The notes: generated by a model from the sequence alone, not told the origin. Positions 40,471 through 50,463 are shown, counted from the first letter of the stretch. The stretch is DNA of 64,000 nt from an uncultured Candidatus Binatia bacterium (GCA_965242525.1 OZ251459.1:384001-448000), one strand, 5' to 3'. Made by a program: numbers and translations.

Positions 40471-41328
40471 CTACCCTGCCCTCTGCTGTGGCCCTGGACC
40501 CCGTGTGTCCCAGATCGGAATTGACGTACCGTCGCTACGCCAGCACCGTCGCTCCGACAACTCCTGTGCCACATAGGGCATCAGCGCCTGTCGCGTCCGT
40601 ACCAACAGCTTGCCAGTGTTGGCAATGCCGTATTCGTGCTCGTAGCAAAGCCTTTCCTCTTGGGACAATCCCGGCCACAACAAAAAAGTCCGTTTCTCGA
40701 AGGTGTGCCAGTCGCTGTCGTCTTCCAGGTCAACGAAAGGAAAGTCCCCTCTTGGCCAAGCCTCAAACGCACGAGCAGGAACCACATCGACGTAGCGGTC
40801 GTCCAGTCGATTGCCCAAGGCGTCGCGTCCCTCTGCCCGGTATCCTCTCAGGTGATACCGTCCACGGGATCGGACGACAGCGGACGGGCAAAAGACGAAA
40901 TCCTGGCGTCCCGTCTTCGCCGCATAGATCAGGCTCACGGCTTGCCGTTCCAGGCAAGCAGCGAGGATTACACGAACGGAGCGAGACCGAGTTGACGCGG
41001 AGAGGGACGTGTCGTGCCCGCCTCCGTGCGGCGCTGTCATGGAAAACGGGTTTCCAGGCAGGCAATCCGCTGTCAGAAGCAGGAAAAGGGCGGTATTGGG
41101 ATCGGTCACCGATGGTCCGGGATCGAATTCCTCGACAGGAACGAGACAGCGCTCAGCACCCGGTCGGTAGCGTGGCAAGATTCCGGCGTCCCGCCAATCG
41201 GAGATCAGGCTGCGTGCCGTGCGCTCGGAAACGCCCAGAAAGTCCTGAATTTCCCTTGCTCGAAGGTGACCACGCCAAAACAACATCATCTCGGCGAAGT
41301 AGCGAGCAATTTTCCGGTCAAGATCCAT
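40471..41328 (-). CDS. wHTH-WYL transcriptional regulator (CapW/BrxR-like), divergent from the cas operon
   Basis: LFWRGHLRAREIQDFLGVSERTA wHTH; AVSLIY...FCPSAVVRSRGRYHLRGY WYL core. Confidence 0.82.
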   Translation of the reverse strand: MDLDRKIARYFAEMMLFWRGHLRAREIQDFLGVSERTARSLISDWRDAGILPRYRPGAERCLVPVEEFDPGPSVTDPNTALFLLLTADCLPGNPFSMTAPHGGGHDTSLSASTRSRSVRVILAACLERQAVSLIYAAKTGRQDFVFCPSAVVRSRGRYHLRGYRAEGRDALGNRLDDRYVDVVPARAFEAWPRGDFPFVDLEDDSDWHTFEKRTFLLWPGLSQEERLCYEHEYGIANTGKLLVRTRQALMPYVAQELSERRCWRSDGTSIPIWDTRGPGPQQRAG

Positions 41329-41352
41329 TGCAGATCAGATTATATCTTGCCC

Positions 41353-41375
41353 TGCAATTATTGCAAGTTGCAATA
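41353..41375. promoter_or_regulatory. Overlapping palindromes, candidate WYL-regulator operator
   Basis: TGCAAT-T-ATTGCA (41353-41365) and TATTGCAA-G-TTGCAATA (41359-41375) in the AT-rich 100-bp divergent promoter region. Confidence 0.65.
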
Positions 41376-41428
41376 GCTCAGGGATGGTGTTATCCGTTAT
41401 CCTAGTACCGCTTATTGGAGAGTCGTCT

Positions 41429-42157
41429 ATGAGGATCAGACTTTCAGCACCGCGGGGCGAATACGCTCTGTTTCACTTTCTGGACAGCCTGCACGCTTCG
41501 CTGGTCAATGCCTGGACATCCTGCGGCGCCCGCACGGTGGACGTTATCGGGCGTGAGGCTGGCAACTGGTCCTTCGGCGCCGTAGGTAAGGCGACGGCCA
41601 AGGGTTTTCTTCTGAAGTCTGTGGTTGTGGGAGCCGAGGGGGACCCACTTGAGTCCATTTTACCCCAGATGGTCCCCGATATGGTACGAAAGTCGTCAAC
41701 CAACGGCGATGTGGTGGACCTGTCTGCATGGGACCGCGTTGTCGATGAGCTTCCCGTAGTCTGCAGGCCAAGGGAGAACGCCGTGCTTCCGGCCATCATG
41801 CTCTCGCCACTGGCCGTGTCCGTAAGTGGCCGAAAGGGACGCTGGCACGACGACCTGAGCAAAGCGGGGACGGATCTGGAGGAGGCGGTCAACTTCCGCC
41901 TGTCACGTCTGACTAGCCGGCATGTGCGCCTGACGATCGAGCCTGACCGGTTGTACCTCCGAGCCAATCCAAAGCACTCGACTTTGGTCCGCACGCGGGC
42001 GGTCCGAGGAGCCAAGCCAGCGTTCGTGATCGGCATGCTGTGCCCGCTGCTCATCAGCGGCCGGCTCGAAGACGTGCGTTCGGCCTGGGCGCTCGGGATC
42101 GGAGAGAAGAACCGCTACGGTTTCGGCTGCATAGGACATGCCGGAGGAGCCGTATGA
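41429..42157 (+). CDS. cas6: CRISPR-associated endoribonuclease Cas6
   Basis: C-terminal G-loop GIGEKNRYGFGCI; first gene of the cas operon. Confidence 0.88.
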   Translation: MRIRLSAPRGEYALFHFLDSLHASLVNAWTSCGARTVDVIGREAGNWSFGAVGKATAKGFLLKSVVVGAEGDPLESILPQMVPDMVRKSSTNGDVVDLSAWDRVVDELPVVCRPRENAVLPAIMLSPLAVSVSGRKGRWHDDLSKAGTDLEEAVNFRLSRLTSRHVRLTIEPDRLYLRANPKHSTLVRTRAVRGAKPAFVIGMLCPLLISGRLEDVRSAWALGIGEKNRYGFGCIGHAGGAV

Positions 42158-45090
42158 GCATCCGGCCCCAGGACTTCGCCCACAAAACGGCCGTCGAAGT
42201 GTACGGCGCGTTTCTCGACGAGTGCGTCGTCGCATGCGTCGGAAGGGACCGGGTAGGTCAGCTAGGCAAGTCCTCAACCGGCAAGATCGACGGCCGTCCG
42301 GTGCGTTTGGTTACGATCAGCGGCAAGGGGGGATGGACTGACGATCCGATCTTGGCAGAGCGCTGGGAGAAGAACGACAACATCAGTTTGTTGGACCATC
42401 TGCTGTCCGTGGCTCGTGGCGCGCTCATGTTCTGGTTGGCCGATGCTCCTCGTCCGTGGTCGAACGAGGCCGATCTCGCCGAGATGCATCGAACCGCACA
42501 CGCCGTAGTGTGCATCGCCTTCCTTCATGATATCGACAAGGACTTGGAATTGCGGCGTGGGACGGAGATCACCGTTGCCCATGTGGCTGAACGTATGCGC
42601 CGCTACGGGATCGACGAGTTTCTGACGAAACGGGGAATCCGTATCTCCCAGGACGCGATGCTCAACTATATCGAGGAGGTCGAAGGTACACAGGCTGCCA
42701 GAAGTCCTGCCGCGCCGGACTACAACTCGCGAATTGCCGCTACATGCCGCTACATCGAGTTGGCCGACAAGCTGGAGGGAAAGTTTACCAGCCGGGAGCC
42801 GGGCGCGGGCGTTGACGGAGTGATCGCTTCGCTAGGCGATGCCAATCGCTGGCCTGTGCTGAGGGACCCATCGCTGAAACAGTGGGACAAGGTGGAGATC
42901 CACGACCACTTGCACGTCTTCCTGCTGGATCGCTTCCAGCGTGCGCTGTCCACTACCTGCAAGGCCCTCACCGGCCGGCTACCCCTCATTGAAACAGTGC
43001 ATGACGGAAGGCTGTTGTGCGTGGTCCCGCGGGAGCAGGCCGGCAGCATCAAGGCGCAAGCTCTCGACGACTTCCTCGGCGATCTTCCGTACGGCCTCGA
43101 TTTCTCGGTCAACAACCGCTTGGCCTGCGGGTTCGTTGGCGGCAGGGCATCGTGGGACGAGTGCCGTGCCGTGATGCAACGTACGGGCAATTGGCAGAAG
43201 TTCATGAACCTGCTGGCCCTCCCAAGATCCTATGCACAGGCACATACCCGAGACATAGATGATCTGTTCTCCCGGGCCGGGATGGAGACGTCGTGGAGTC
43301 CGCTTGACGACGGCTCCAGCGCCACGGTGAAGCCTGCGCTCGATCATCCTGGAGGTGACTCCCGTGATCTGGACATGGACCCGGCGCATGCCCTTGTGTT
43401 CCTTACGATGGCGCTCAACCACGCGGACGCCAAAGGCAGGTCGGCTGCACCGGAGGCCGGCGTGCGAGAGCAGGAACTCCTGCATCTGCTGAAGGACCAG
43501 GGAATGGAGCCGCCATCGGTCGTCACCCAAGCACCCGTTGGTGACGGTCGCGCGCGTCGCGTCCTGACAGCGCTGTGGACTATCGCTGAAGTGTGGCGGC
43601 TGGCCGAGGAAGATCCAGGCGGGGCCCAGGAACTCATCGGTCGTATCGTTGGCCGCTCAGGTCTGGTTGGACTCTGGCTGGATGGCAACGCCAACCGTAC
43701 TGGTATCGCAAACCAGATCCAAGATGTGTCCAGCGACATCCTCAACGCTCTGCGCCTGCGTTTTTCAGCCTATCTTACCGAAGGTGCGACAAACCCGTTC
43801 GATGGCGATGCGGCTGTCAAGCGTTGTATTCTGTGTAATGAGCCTGTCAGTGCTTTGCGCAACGTCAGCACCGCGTCGCGAGCGCACGGCGTCAAGGTAA
43901 CGGCATTCTCCGGCCGGGATAGGCGCAACGACCATCTGGCGTCACCGTCCGGTGACACGCACTTGTGTCCGGTCTGCCTGGCTGAATTGCAGTTGCGTAA
44001 GCACGTGCAGGAAGAATTCAAGGGTGGAGGCGACCTGCCTCCGCTCATTTCCTCACCAGGCATCAGCGGGCTCTTCGGTGGCCTTGCGTTTCAGCAGGAA
44101 GACCAAGAGGTGGCCATGGGACTGAACGACCTCAAACGTCTGGACCTCAAAAAAGGAGCCGTATATGAAGGGCTCGACTGTCACACGAAGCGTATCCGCA
44201 TAGCGCGGCTTGAGGCCCTGCCGAACAAGGACGCCAAACTGGTCGCGCAGCTTTGCATGATTCTCAATGCGGTTCGGCGCCTGGGCCGTCCGATCCACGT
44301 CTTCCGTGGCTCGCCGCGCCGGCATCCGGCGATATTTCACTCCGACGCGCTGCCGATTTGGTTGGAGCATCTGCTCGACGGAGATTCTCTGCGTATCGAG
44401 CAGATCCCTGATGCCTTGTCCAGGCTGGAGATATTCGAGGGTTTGGCAGAGATGCCCGGTCTGGGAATCGAGTGGGCCAAACAGTTTGCCGATCCCGACC
44501 CGGTGGTCAGGCTCGGTGCGATCTGTGTTGCCTGGACGCTGGCGATAGATCGGCGAGGAGTTGGAGACCGGAAACATGACTGGCCGGATATCGAAGCCAG
44601 AACTCGCGAGCACGCGCTCGCGCTCATCAAAATCATCGGAGGTGAATCAGTGAACTTGAAGGACAGTCGAGATCCCCTGATTCGGCTTGCATGGCTCGCA
44701 AGCCGAATCCAGAAACGTCGCAGCACGCGCGATTCGACCAACAAACAACTCCTGTGTTGGAAGACTGCGCTCGACTTCTTTCCCGGTGCTGAACAGTCGG
44801 TGACCAAGGACGGCAACGCCTTGATCCTGGGACTGGCGGCGACGCTTGAGGAAGAGCTCACGCGCAAGAAGGACGCTGCTGCGAAGAAGCATCGTAACGA
44901 TCTGGCTCTGGGTGACGCATGCGTCGAGTTCGCACGCCATTTTGCGAACGAAGTCTGGATAAATGTTTTCAAATCCAGGGAGCCTGCGTCGCAGGTGCGG
45001 CGGCGAGCGGCTGCGATTTATCGCTTCGCTTTGTTGGAGACCTATCGCGAGCGAGGCATTCCTGAAGCGACAGACGACAACACCGATTAA
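42154..45090 (+). CDS. cas10d: Divergent Cas10d-like large subunit with an N-terminal HD nuclease
   Basis: 978 aa; GKGG...SLLDH...FLHDIDK HD motif; CILC/CPVC zinc finger; no GGDD; precedes cas7 and cas5; ATGA overlap with cas6. Confidence 0.78.
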   Translation: MSIRPQDFAHKTAVEVYGAFLDECVVACVGRDRVGQLGKSSTGKIDGRPVRLVTISGKGGWTDDPILAERWEKNDNISLLDHLLSVARGALMFWLADAPRPWSNEADLAEMHRTAHAVVCIAFLHDIDKDLELRRGTEITVAHVAERMRRYGIDEFLTKRGIRISQDAMLNYIEEVEGTQAARSPAAPDYNSRIAATCRYIELADKLEGKFTSREPGAGVDGVIASLGDANRWPVLRDPSLKQWDKVEIHDHLHVFLLDRFQRALSTTCKALTGRLPLIETVHDGRLLCVVPREQAGSIKAQALDDFLGDLPYGLDFSVNNRLACGFVGGRASWDECRAVMQRTGNWQKFMNLLALPRSYAQAHTRDIDDLFSRAGMETSWSPLDDGSSATVKPALDHPGGDSRDLDMDPAHALVFLTMALNHADAKGRSAAPEAGVREQELLHLLKDQGMEPPSVVTQAPVGDGRARRVLTALWTIAEVWRLAEEDPGGAQELIGRIVGRSGLVGLWLDGNANRTGIANQIQDVSSDILNALRLRFSAYLTEGATNPFDGDAAVKRCILCNEPVSALRNVSTASRAHGVKVTAFSGRDRRNDHLASPSGDTHLCPVCLAELQLRKHVQEEFKGGGDLPPLISSPGISGLFGGLAFQQEDQEVAMGLNDLKRLDLKKGAVYEGLDCHTKRIRIARLEALPNKDAKLVAQLCMILNAVRRLGRPIHVFRGSPRRHPAIFHSDALPIWLEHLLDGDSLRIEQIPDALSRLEIFEGLAEMPGLGIEWAKQFADPDPVVRLGAICVAWTLAIDRRGVGDRKHDWPDIEARTREHALALIKIIGGESVNLKDSRDPLIRLAWLASRIQKRRSTRDSTNKQLLCWKTALDFFPGAEQSVTKDGNALILGLAATLEEELTRKKDAAAKKHRNDLALGDACVEFARHFANEVWINVFKSREPASQVRRRAAAIYRFALLETYRERGIPEATDDNTD
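44650..45090 (+). CDS. cas11d: Predicted internally translated small subunit Cas11d (146 aa)
   Basis: GGAGGTGA at 44638-44645, with GGAGG 7 nt before an in-frame GTG at 44650; helical C-terminal domain. Confidence 0.7.
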   Translation: MNLKDSRDPLIRLAWLASRIQKRRSTRDSTNKQLLCWKTALDFFPGAEQSVTKDGNALILGLAATLEEELTRKKDAAAKKHRNDLALGDACVEFARHFANEVWINVFKSREPASQVRRRAAAIYRFALLETYRERGIPEATDDNTD

Positions 45091-45132
45091 CGACAATTCC
45101 TGACCGGCCGTCAGAAAGACAAGGAGGGGATA

Positions 45133-46137
45133 ATGATCGATAAGTTTATTCCATACCTCAACGAGGGAGACCTCGTTGAGGAAGTGGTCGCGGCGAACGG
45201 AAAAGATACTTACGTTATGCCGACTCGCCGCAACGCGGGACACGTCGCTCTCGCGCTGGTCCGCGAGATCACGGCGCCGACGGTTTTCCGTAACGCAGAG
45301 GAGGAAATCACGGACATCGAAGACCGTGACGGAGTGCGCCGGGTACGGGCGACTTCGAACAAGTTCAAGTTTGGCGAACGTGGCCGTGGCCTGCTGGTGC
45401 TCCGCGCCTGGAACGTTGGCGGCCGGTTGCCGCAGAACCGCACCGCGGTCGGCGACCGCATTTCGGTTCGTGACGCACTTGATCTGAACACCTTGGTATT
45501 CGGCGATTCAGCGATGTGGGGAACTCGCGTGCTTTCGGTGAAAGCCGCGGTGCAGTACTCCGACGCACTGAGCACAGTGCCGTACCGCGATGCCGTGGGC
45601 GAGAGCTTCCACCACCGCGGCGACGAAACTGGAACACTCTGGGATGCAGAGAACAAGAAGAACACAGAGAACCTGTTCACCCGCCACTTCGTGCTTCCCG
45701 GCACTCTCTTGTTGCAGGTTCTGACGAGCAACGGCCGCCAGCTTCCGCCTATTGGCCTCGATCACCTGTTGTTGAGCCTCGGCGTCGCCGGTTCCTATGG
45801 TGGACAGACCTCGGTCACCGGTGTTAACGTGCGCACCCATATCGCCGGCATCTTTGCCGCTCGTCTGGAAGTGCCGATATCTTCCCCTTACGAGTTGCTG
45901 CGACAATTGCCTGCTGATACTGATATGACGTCGGTAGGTGACTTGGCAGCGGCCGTCAGGCAGGTGATGTCGAGACAGTACCAGACCCACGCCGATACCG
46001 ATGAAGCGTGCGAATACCAGCGGCAACTCGTCGAAGCATTCGAGCGGGACGATCCGGATCTGAGAGGCCGATACCAGCATGCCTCTCCACGGATTGCCGA
46101 TCTGTTCGAGCAGCATTTCACACCGAAGAAGGCGTGA
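45133..46137 (+). CDS. cas7: Type I-D Cas7 (Csc2-like)
   Basis: LVREITAPTVFRN, KFKFGERGRGL, VFGDSA, YSDALS, HFVLPGT, YGGQTS; AAGGAGG RBS. Confidence 0.82.
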   Translation: MIDKFIPYLNEGDLVEEVVAANGKDTYVMPTRRNAGHVALALVREITAPTVFRNAEEEITDIEDRDGVRRVRATSNKFKFGERGRGLLVLRAWNVGGRLPQNRTAVGDRISVRDALDLNTLVFGDSAMWGTRVLSVKAAVQYSDALSTVPYRDAVGESFHHRGDETGTLWDAENKKNTENLFTRHFVLPGTLLLQVLTSNGRQLPPIGLDHLLLSLGVAGSYGGQTSVTGVNVRTHIAGIFAARLEVPISSPYELLRQLPADTDMTSVGDLAAAVRQVMSRQYQTHADTDEACEYQRQLVEAFERDDPDLRGRYQHASPRIADLFEQHFTPKKA

Positions 46138-46140
46138 CCG

Positions 46141-46800
46141 GTGGCCGAAGCCGTCTTCCCGTTCCAATTGACTGCGCTCACGCCGTGGGCATGGCATGGA
46201 CTCGCCGTTCCTTCGGGAACCGCAACACTCAACGATGTCGTGACCGATACGGCAGTGGCGTTCGGGACTGCATCGGCGCTTGGTATGATGCCGCGCTCGC
46301 CGTGTCTGCCATCGGCACCCGATTACCGTAACCACTTAGCCGCTTTGCCGTTCAAGACAACGCTGTTCCTCGGTCATGACAATCGACTGAATCGCCCGTT
46401 GGCCCGTCGCCTCAACCTGGATGCCGAGTGTGGCATGCCGAAGAGTGTGGAAGACGCACGGAAGAGAGGCAATATCAAGGACTACTACCATATCCAGGAA
46501 GTCAGTGTAGGCTCGGTCTTCCACGGCTCCTTCTTGCACGAAAACCCTCTGCGTGTTGCACATGATGCGTATGGAGAACCGATAGAAGCCTTGGTCATCA
46601 GGCTTGGAATTGGAAGAAACGGGGTTGGCATACTTGAACCTTGTGCGGACGGCTACGACATCTGTCTCAACTTGCATACCGCGCGGTTGTTCGATCCGGA
46701 TACCGACTTGCAGGCCGGGCCGTACCGTCTGCACACCATTCAACCCAGCCGGCCTGTCGAGCCAGACGTGGCGTTGAGCCTCACGGCTCGCTGGACATGA
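46141..46800 (+). CDS. cas5: Type I-D Cas5 (Csc1-like)
   Basis: 219 aa directly after cas7; C-terminal IRLGIGRNGVG G-loop. Confidence 0.7.
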   Translation: MAEAVFPFQLTALTPWAWHGLAVPSGTATLNDVVTDTAVAFGTASALGMMPRSPCLPSAPDYRNHLAALPFKTTLFLGHDNRLNRPLARRLNLDAECGMPKSVEDARKRGNIKDYYHIQEVSVGSVFHGSFLHENPLRVAHDAYGEPIEALVIRLGIGRNGVGILEPCADGYDICLNLHTARLFDPDTDLQAGPYRLHTIQPSRPVEPDVALSLTARWT

Positions 46801-48854
46801 TCATCAGAGCACACTCGATCCCGATGCTGCCCGCAGCCGGCCTGTCGCCGATGCAGGAGCGTCTGCTGCGTTCCGAGAAACCCGTACGGCTCGTGTCGGC
46901 GCCGACCGGCTCGGGCAAGTCCTACGCGTTCATGCGGGCAGTGCTCGACGAGGATGCGCGGGTGCTGTTCATCGTTCCAACCAAACGACTGCTGCAGAAC
47001 CTGATCAAGGGGGCTCGCGAGCAGGCAGGGGAGCGTCTTCGCAGGCGCGGTCTGGACGACACGCAGGTTCGCGACTGGATCGACGAACGGATTATCGAAT
47101 GGTCAGGGAACCAAGCCAGGGATGGACACGTGAACCTGTCGGGAACCAGGGTTCGGCAGTTCCTTGACGGCGGCGCGCATTCGGACGGCCAGGTTATCTT
47201 CGCCATACCCGAAGTGGTGGTGACGATGATATCCGGCATACGTCTCATGGGGGCTAGCGCTGTCAATCCCTTTCTTTACGTGCGCCGCTTCGACCACCTG
47301 GTCTTCGACGAATTCCACACCATCGACGATCGATCCTTCGGCTTAGCCTGCCTGTTCTCGCGCTTGGCGGTCATGGAACGGAGGGGAAAGGTGTCCCTTC
47401 TCTCCGCCACCCCGATTGATGTCACAAGGATACTCGAACGAACCGGAGTAGGACAGGAAAACACGGAGATGGTAGCTGAGCAGATTGTCGATGGACATGC
47501 ACCGGACCATCGACCTGTCCATGGCAACGTCGAGATTGAAGTACAGGACCGCTCTATCGTCGAATCCATCGAACTCAACCGCGACGCCGTACGTTCGTCG
47601 ATTACTCACGGGTTTACGGTCATCGTGATCTATGACCGGCTGAACCAACTCAAGCGGGAGGAAGATACAGTCCGTAGCACTCTGATAGATGCAGGCGTCT
47701 CCGACGACAAGATACTGACGATCAACTCCATCGACGACTCGAGAAGAAGGCCAGGGGAAACACGCCGCGGGCGAAAGTATGAGGATCCTGGCGAATATAA
47801 CGCATTGCTGTGCACCTCATCGGTTGAAGTCGGCGTCACCTTCCGCAGTACGCTCATGTTCACGGAACCCGGACACGGACTTGCCAGCTTCGTACAGCGC
47901 GTCGGCCGCGTCTCGCGTGGCGCCGACGCTGGCCGGGTGGTGGTGGTGTCGTTGTCGCGTCAGCGCCGCAATCGCGATTCCTGGGTCCGGCGGATCGGCG
48001 ATGTGGTCGAATCCCGCACGGAAGTGGACGTGCAGACGTTCGTTGATGAGATTCTGCGCGACGACCGGCGTCGTCTGGAGCCGACGCGAAAGGAAACGGA
48101 AGCGGATGTCGCTATGGTTGGCACCGACGTGCCCTTCTATCGTCGCGCTTCATGGCGCGGAGCATTCTGGGCAGCCTTGTTCGTCATTGCCGTACGGAGT
48201 ACGAAAATGGATGTACAGAAGGCAGCGCGTGACCGACTTCGAGGAATCTCTTCGGGCGTTATCAAATTCGTGGAGGCGAAGATCGATGAAATACGGTCAG
48301 TACACACCATAAATGACAACCTGCGGAACCATTCCCAGCCTCATAGACAATGGGTGAATGCATTGTTCACAAGTGCGCTGACTTACCGCGACATCGGCGC
48401 TACAGTCGTAGTCGCGGATCCTGACGGTACACGGTGCACGGTATCAGAGTCTTTTTTACGACGAGAGACGGACATCCTCAGCCGTTACATCGCGATCTGT
48501 GAGGATGGAGAACAGGTCGTCTATCTCAAGTCGCATACTTTGGACGACGAGATCAAGAGGAATCCCGAAGGACGAGAGGTTCAGCGGATGATGCTTTACG
48601 TGCCGTCACCTATCGGCGAAAGGGGTTTTTCCCTTCTGATTCGAGAACGTGATAAGGGTACCGAGCAACTCAACGTGCGTCTAATCGAAGAATGGCGGTA
48701 TCGCTTCTGTCGCTTCATCCCAGGACCGGAAGAAAAGGTGAACGATCCGCAGAAGAAGGTGATGGGAGCAGCCACTGCCCTGGTCGAGAAGCTCGGCCGT
48801 CCGCCTTTGGACGAGGATTATGAGGATTCTGGAAAAAGCGCGTTGTTTGCGTGA
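46797..48854 (+). CDS. cas3: Cas3' SF2 helicase without an HD domain
   Basis: APTGSGKS within the first 45 aa, VFDEFH, LSATP, TSSVEVGV, QRVGRVSR. Confidence 0.85.
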   Translation: MIIRAHSIPMLPAAGLSPMQERLLRSEKPVRLVSAPTGSGKSYAFMRAVLDEDARVLFIVPTKRLLQNLIKGAREQAGERLRRRGLDDTQVRDWIDERIIEWSGNQARDGHVNLSGTRVRQFLDGGAHSDGQVIFAIPEVVVTMISGIRLMGASAVNPFLYVRRFDHLVFDEFHTIDDRSFGLACLFSRLAVMERRGKVSLLSATPIDVTRILERTGVGQENTEMVAEQIVDGHAPDHRPVHGNVEIEVQDRSIVESIELNRDAVRSSITHGFTVIVIYDRLNQLKREEDTVRSTLIDAGVSDDKILTINSIDDSRRRPGETRRGRKYEDPGEYNALLCTSSVEVGVTFRSTLMFTEPGHGLASFVQRVGRVSRGADAGRVVVVSLSRQRRNRDSWVRRIGDVVESRTEVDVQTFVDEILRDDRRRLEPTRKETEADVAMVGTDVPFYRRASWRGAFWAALFVIAVRSTKMDVQKAARDRLRGISSGVIKFVEAKIDEIRSVHTINDNLRNHSQPHRQWVNALFTSALTYRDIGATVVVADPDGTRCTVSESFLRRETDILSRYIAICEDGEQVVYLKSHTLDDEIKRNPEGREVQRMMLYVPSPIGERGFSLLIRERDKGTEQLNVRLIEEWRYRFCRFIPGPEEKVNDPQKKVMGAATALVEKLGRPPLDEDYEDSGKSALFA

Positions 48855-49185
48855 ACTGGCCGAGAAGTTCGGTTTGCATGGCCTCTATTTCCAGCACGTG
48901 GCTTTGTGTCGCCGTCGTGCTTGGCTTCACTTGATGGGCGCCACACATGCTGCGGGCAACCAGCGAGTTCGTCGAGGGCTGGCGCTCCATCAGACCGAGA
49001 AGCATCCGAGCGAGGTGCCCATGGGCCTTGGCATCGCACCGGACGCTATCGACTTCGAACGGCGGACCGTGATCGAGAAGAAGGGAAGCGCCGGTGCACC
49101 CGATGCGGTGTCGCGTCAAGCGTTGTTTTACGCCGCGTTTATGACGGCGGCTACGGGGGAGGTTTGGCGTGCGGAGGTTCAGATA

Positions 49186-50289
49186 TTAAGGTTCTCAGAA
49201 TAGAAACCATTACAAGTTCGTATAACAAGTAGTGGGAGCATGGAAGAAGCTCCGTATCAAAGCAGGCAGTTGTTGCATCCGACGCAGGTGAGACATGGTC
49301 ATGGCTCGCAAGGTTTCCCGGGATGTGATCCGCTTGCGCCCCAACGCCTGGTTCTTCAAGTTGTTCCACACCAGTTCGTCCGGGTTGAGTTCCGGCGAGT
49401 ACGGCGGCAGGTAATGCAACTCGAGCATCCCTTCCTGTTCCTCCACGAAACGCCGCACCGACTTGGCCCGATGGACCGGGTGGCCGTCCACAATCAGGAA
49501 AATGGGAGAGGTCGCATTCACCATCAGGCGTCTGAGAAACCCGATGAACACCGGCGCCGTCACTCGCCCCGGAGTCACCATGAAGCGAAGATGCCCACGG
49601 GCGCTGATGGCAGAGATGAGGTTCGCCCCGAACCGCGCCCCCGTGCCCGACACCACCGGAGTATGCCCCCGAAGCCCCCAGGTCGTGCCCCAATGACTGT
49701 CCGAACGAACCCCCGCCTCGTCTCCGAAGAAGATCTGCGCCCCCACACGCTTCGCCCGGTCATGCAGCTTCGGGTATTCCTCCTCCCGCCAATGACGGGC
49801 CGCCTCCGGATCCTGTTGATAGGCACGCCAAACAGGACGCTGCACGCTCAATCCCATCTGCCCCAGCAACCGGCACACCGTACTGTGACTCAGCCGCACA
49901 CCCCATCGCCTGTCGATCAGCTCCTGCACCATCTTCGCCGTCCACAGCGCAAACGGAAACCGCAACTGCAACGGGTTCTTCTCCACCACCGTGTCATAAA
50001 CCCATTTCAGCGCCCTCGCATCCAGCTTCGGAGGCCGCCCTCCTCGCTTGCGGGCGTCCAGCTTCCCCCATCCCCCGCTGCGGTACAACGCCAACCAACG
50101 GAACACCGTGCGCAGGTTCACTCCCATGGCCGCCGCCACTTCTGTCGGCTTCGACCCCGCTTGCAGGCTCGCAATCCCGCGCCGGCGCAATTCCGTCAAG
50201 GTCCGATGATCCAGTTTTCGTCCGTCCGTGTTCATACCCGTTATCATACTATACTTCTGGTTCTATGGCAACTAAAATCGGACCCTTAA
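49186..50289 (-). mobile_element. IS630-family insertion sequence (1104 bp)
   Basis: TA duplicated at 49184-49185 and 50290-50291; imperfect TIRs TTAAGGTTCTCAGAATAGAAACCAT vs TTAAGGGTCCGATTTTAGTTGCCAT. Confidence 0.9.
49210..50247 (-). CDS. IS630 transposase
   Basis: N-terminal HTH, GGRPPKL, FGDEAG, VDGHPVH, LPPYSPELNPDE. Confidence 0.95.
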   Translation of the reverse strand: MITGMNTDGRKLDHRTLTELRRRGIASLQAGSKPTEVAAAMGVNLRTVFRWLALYRSGGWGKLDARKRGGRPPKLDARALKWVYDTVVEKNPLQLRFPFALWTAKMVQELIDRRWGVRLSHSTVCRLLGQMGLSVQRPVWRAYQQDPEAARHWREEEYPKLHDRAKRVGAQIFFGDEAGVRSDSHWGTTWGLRGHTPVVSGTGARFGANLISAISARGHLRFMVTPGRVTAPVFIGFLRRLMVNATSPIFLIVDGHPVHRAKSVRRFVEEQEGMLELHYLPPYSPELNPDELVWNNLKNQALGRKRITSRETLRAMTMSHLRRMQQLPALIRSFFHAPTTCYTNL

Positions 50290-50463
50290 TATATGGGTCG
50301 CGGAACCGGATCGAGCACAATCTGACGGAAGAGGTGCTTGATCGACTCGTGGAGGATGCCAGGGATAGTGCGAACTTGTTGGAGGGGTGTCCTCCGTCCG
50401 CTCATCGTATCCGCCTCTGCAACTCATGTAGTTGCCACCTTCTGTGCTGGGACGAGGAATGAA

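Larger units (their letters stand above)
48820..50462 (+). pseudogene. cas4: cas4 interrupted by IS630 (halves at 48820-49185 and 50292-50462)
   Basis: Joining the halves gives an in-frame 178-aa protein (...AEVQI|YGSRN...) with LCRRRAW, PD...EKK, QALFY and CNSCSCHLLC motifs. Confidence 0.88.

Noticed and set aside
42154-45090. Type III Cas10 or a novel class 2 effector
   Set aside because: No GGDD palm motif, no multiple Csm/Cmr RAMPs and no RuvC or HEPN motifs seen; a Cas3' helicase and single cas7/cas5 fit type I-D
50265-50462. Stand-alone 65-aa Cys-rich protein
   Set aside because: It is the cas4 C-terminal half with an ATG supplied by the IS end
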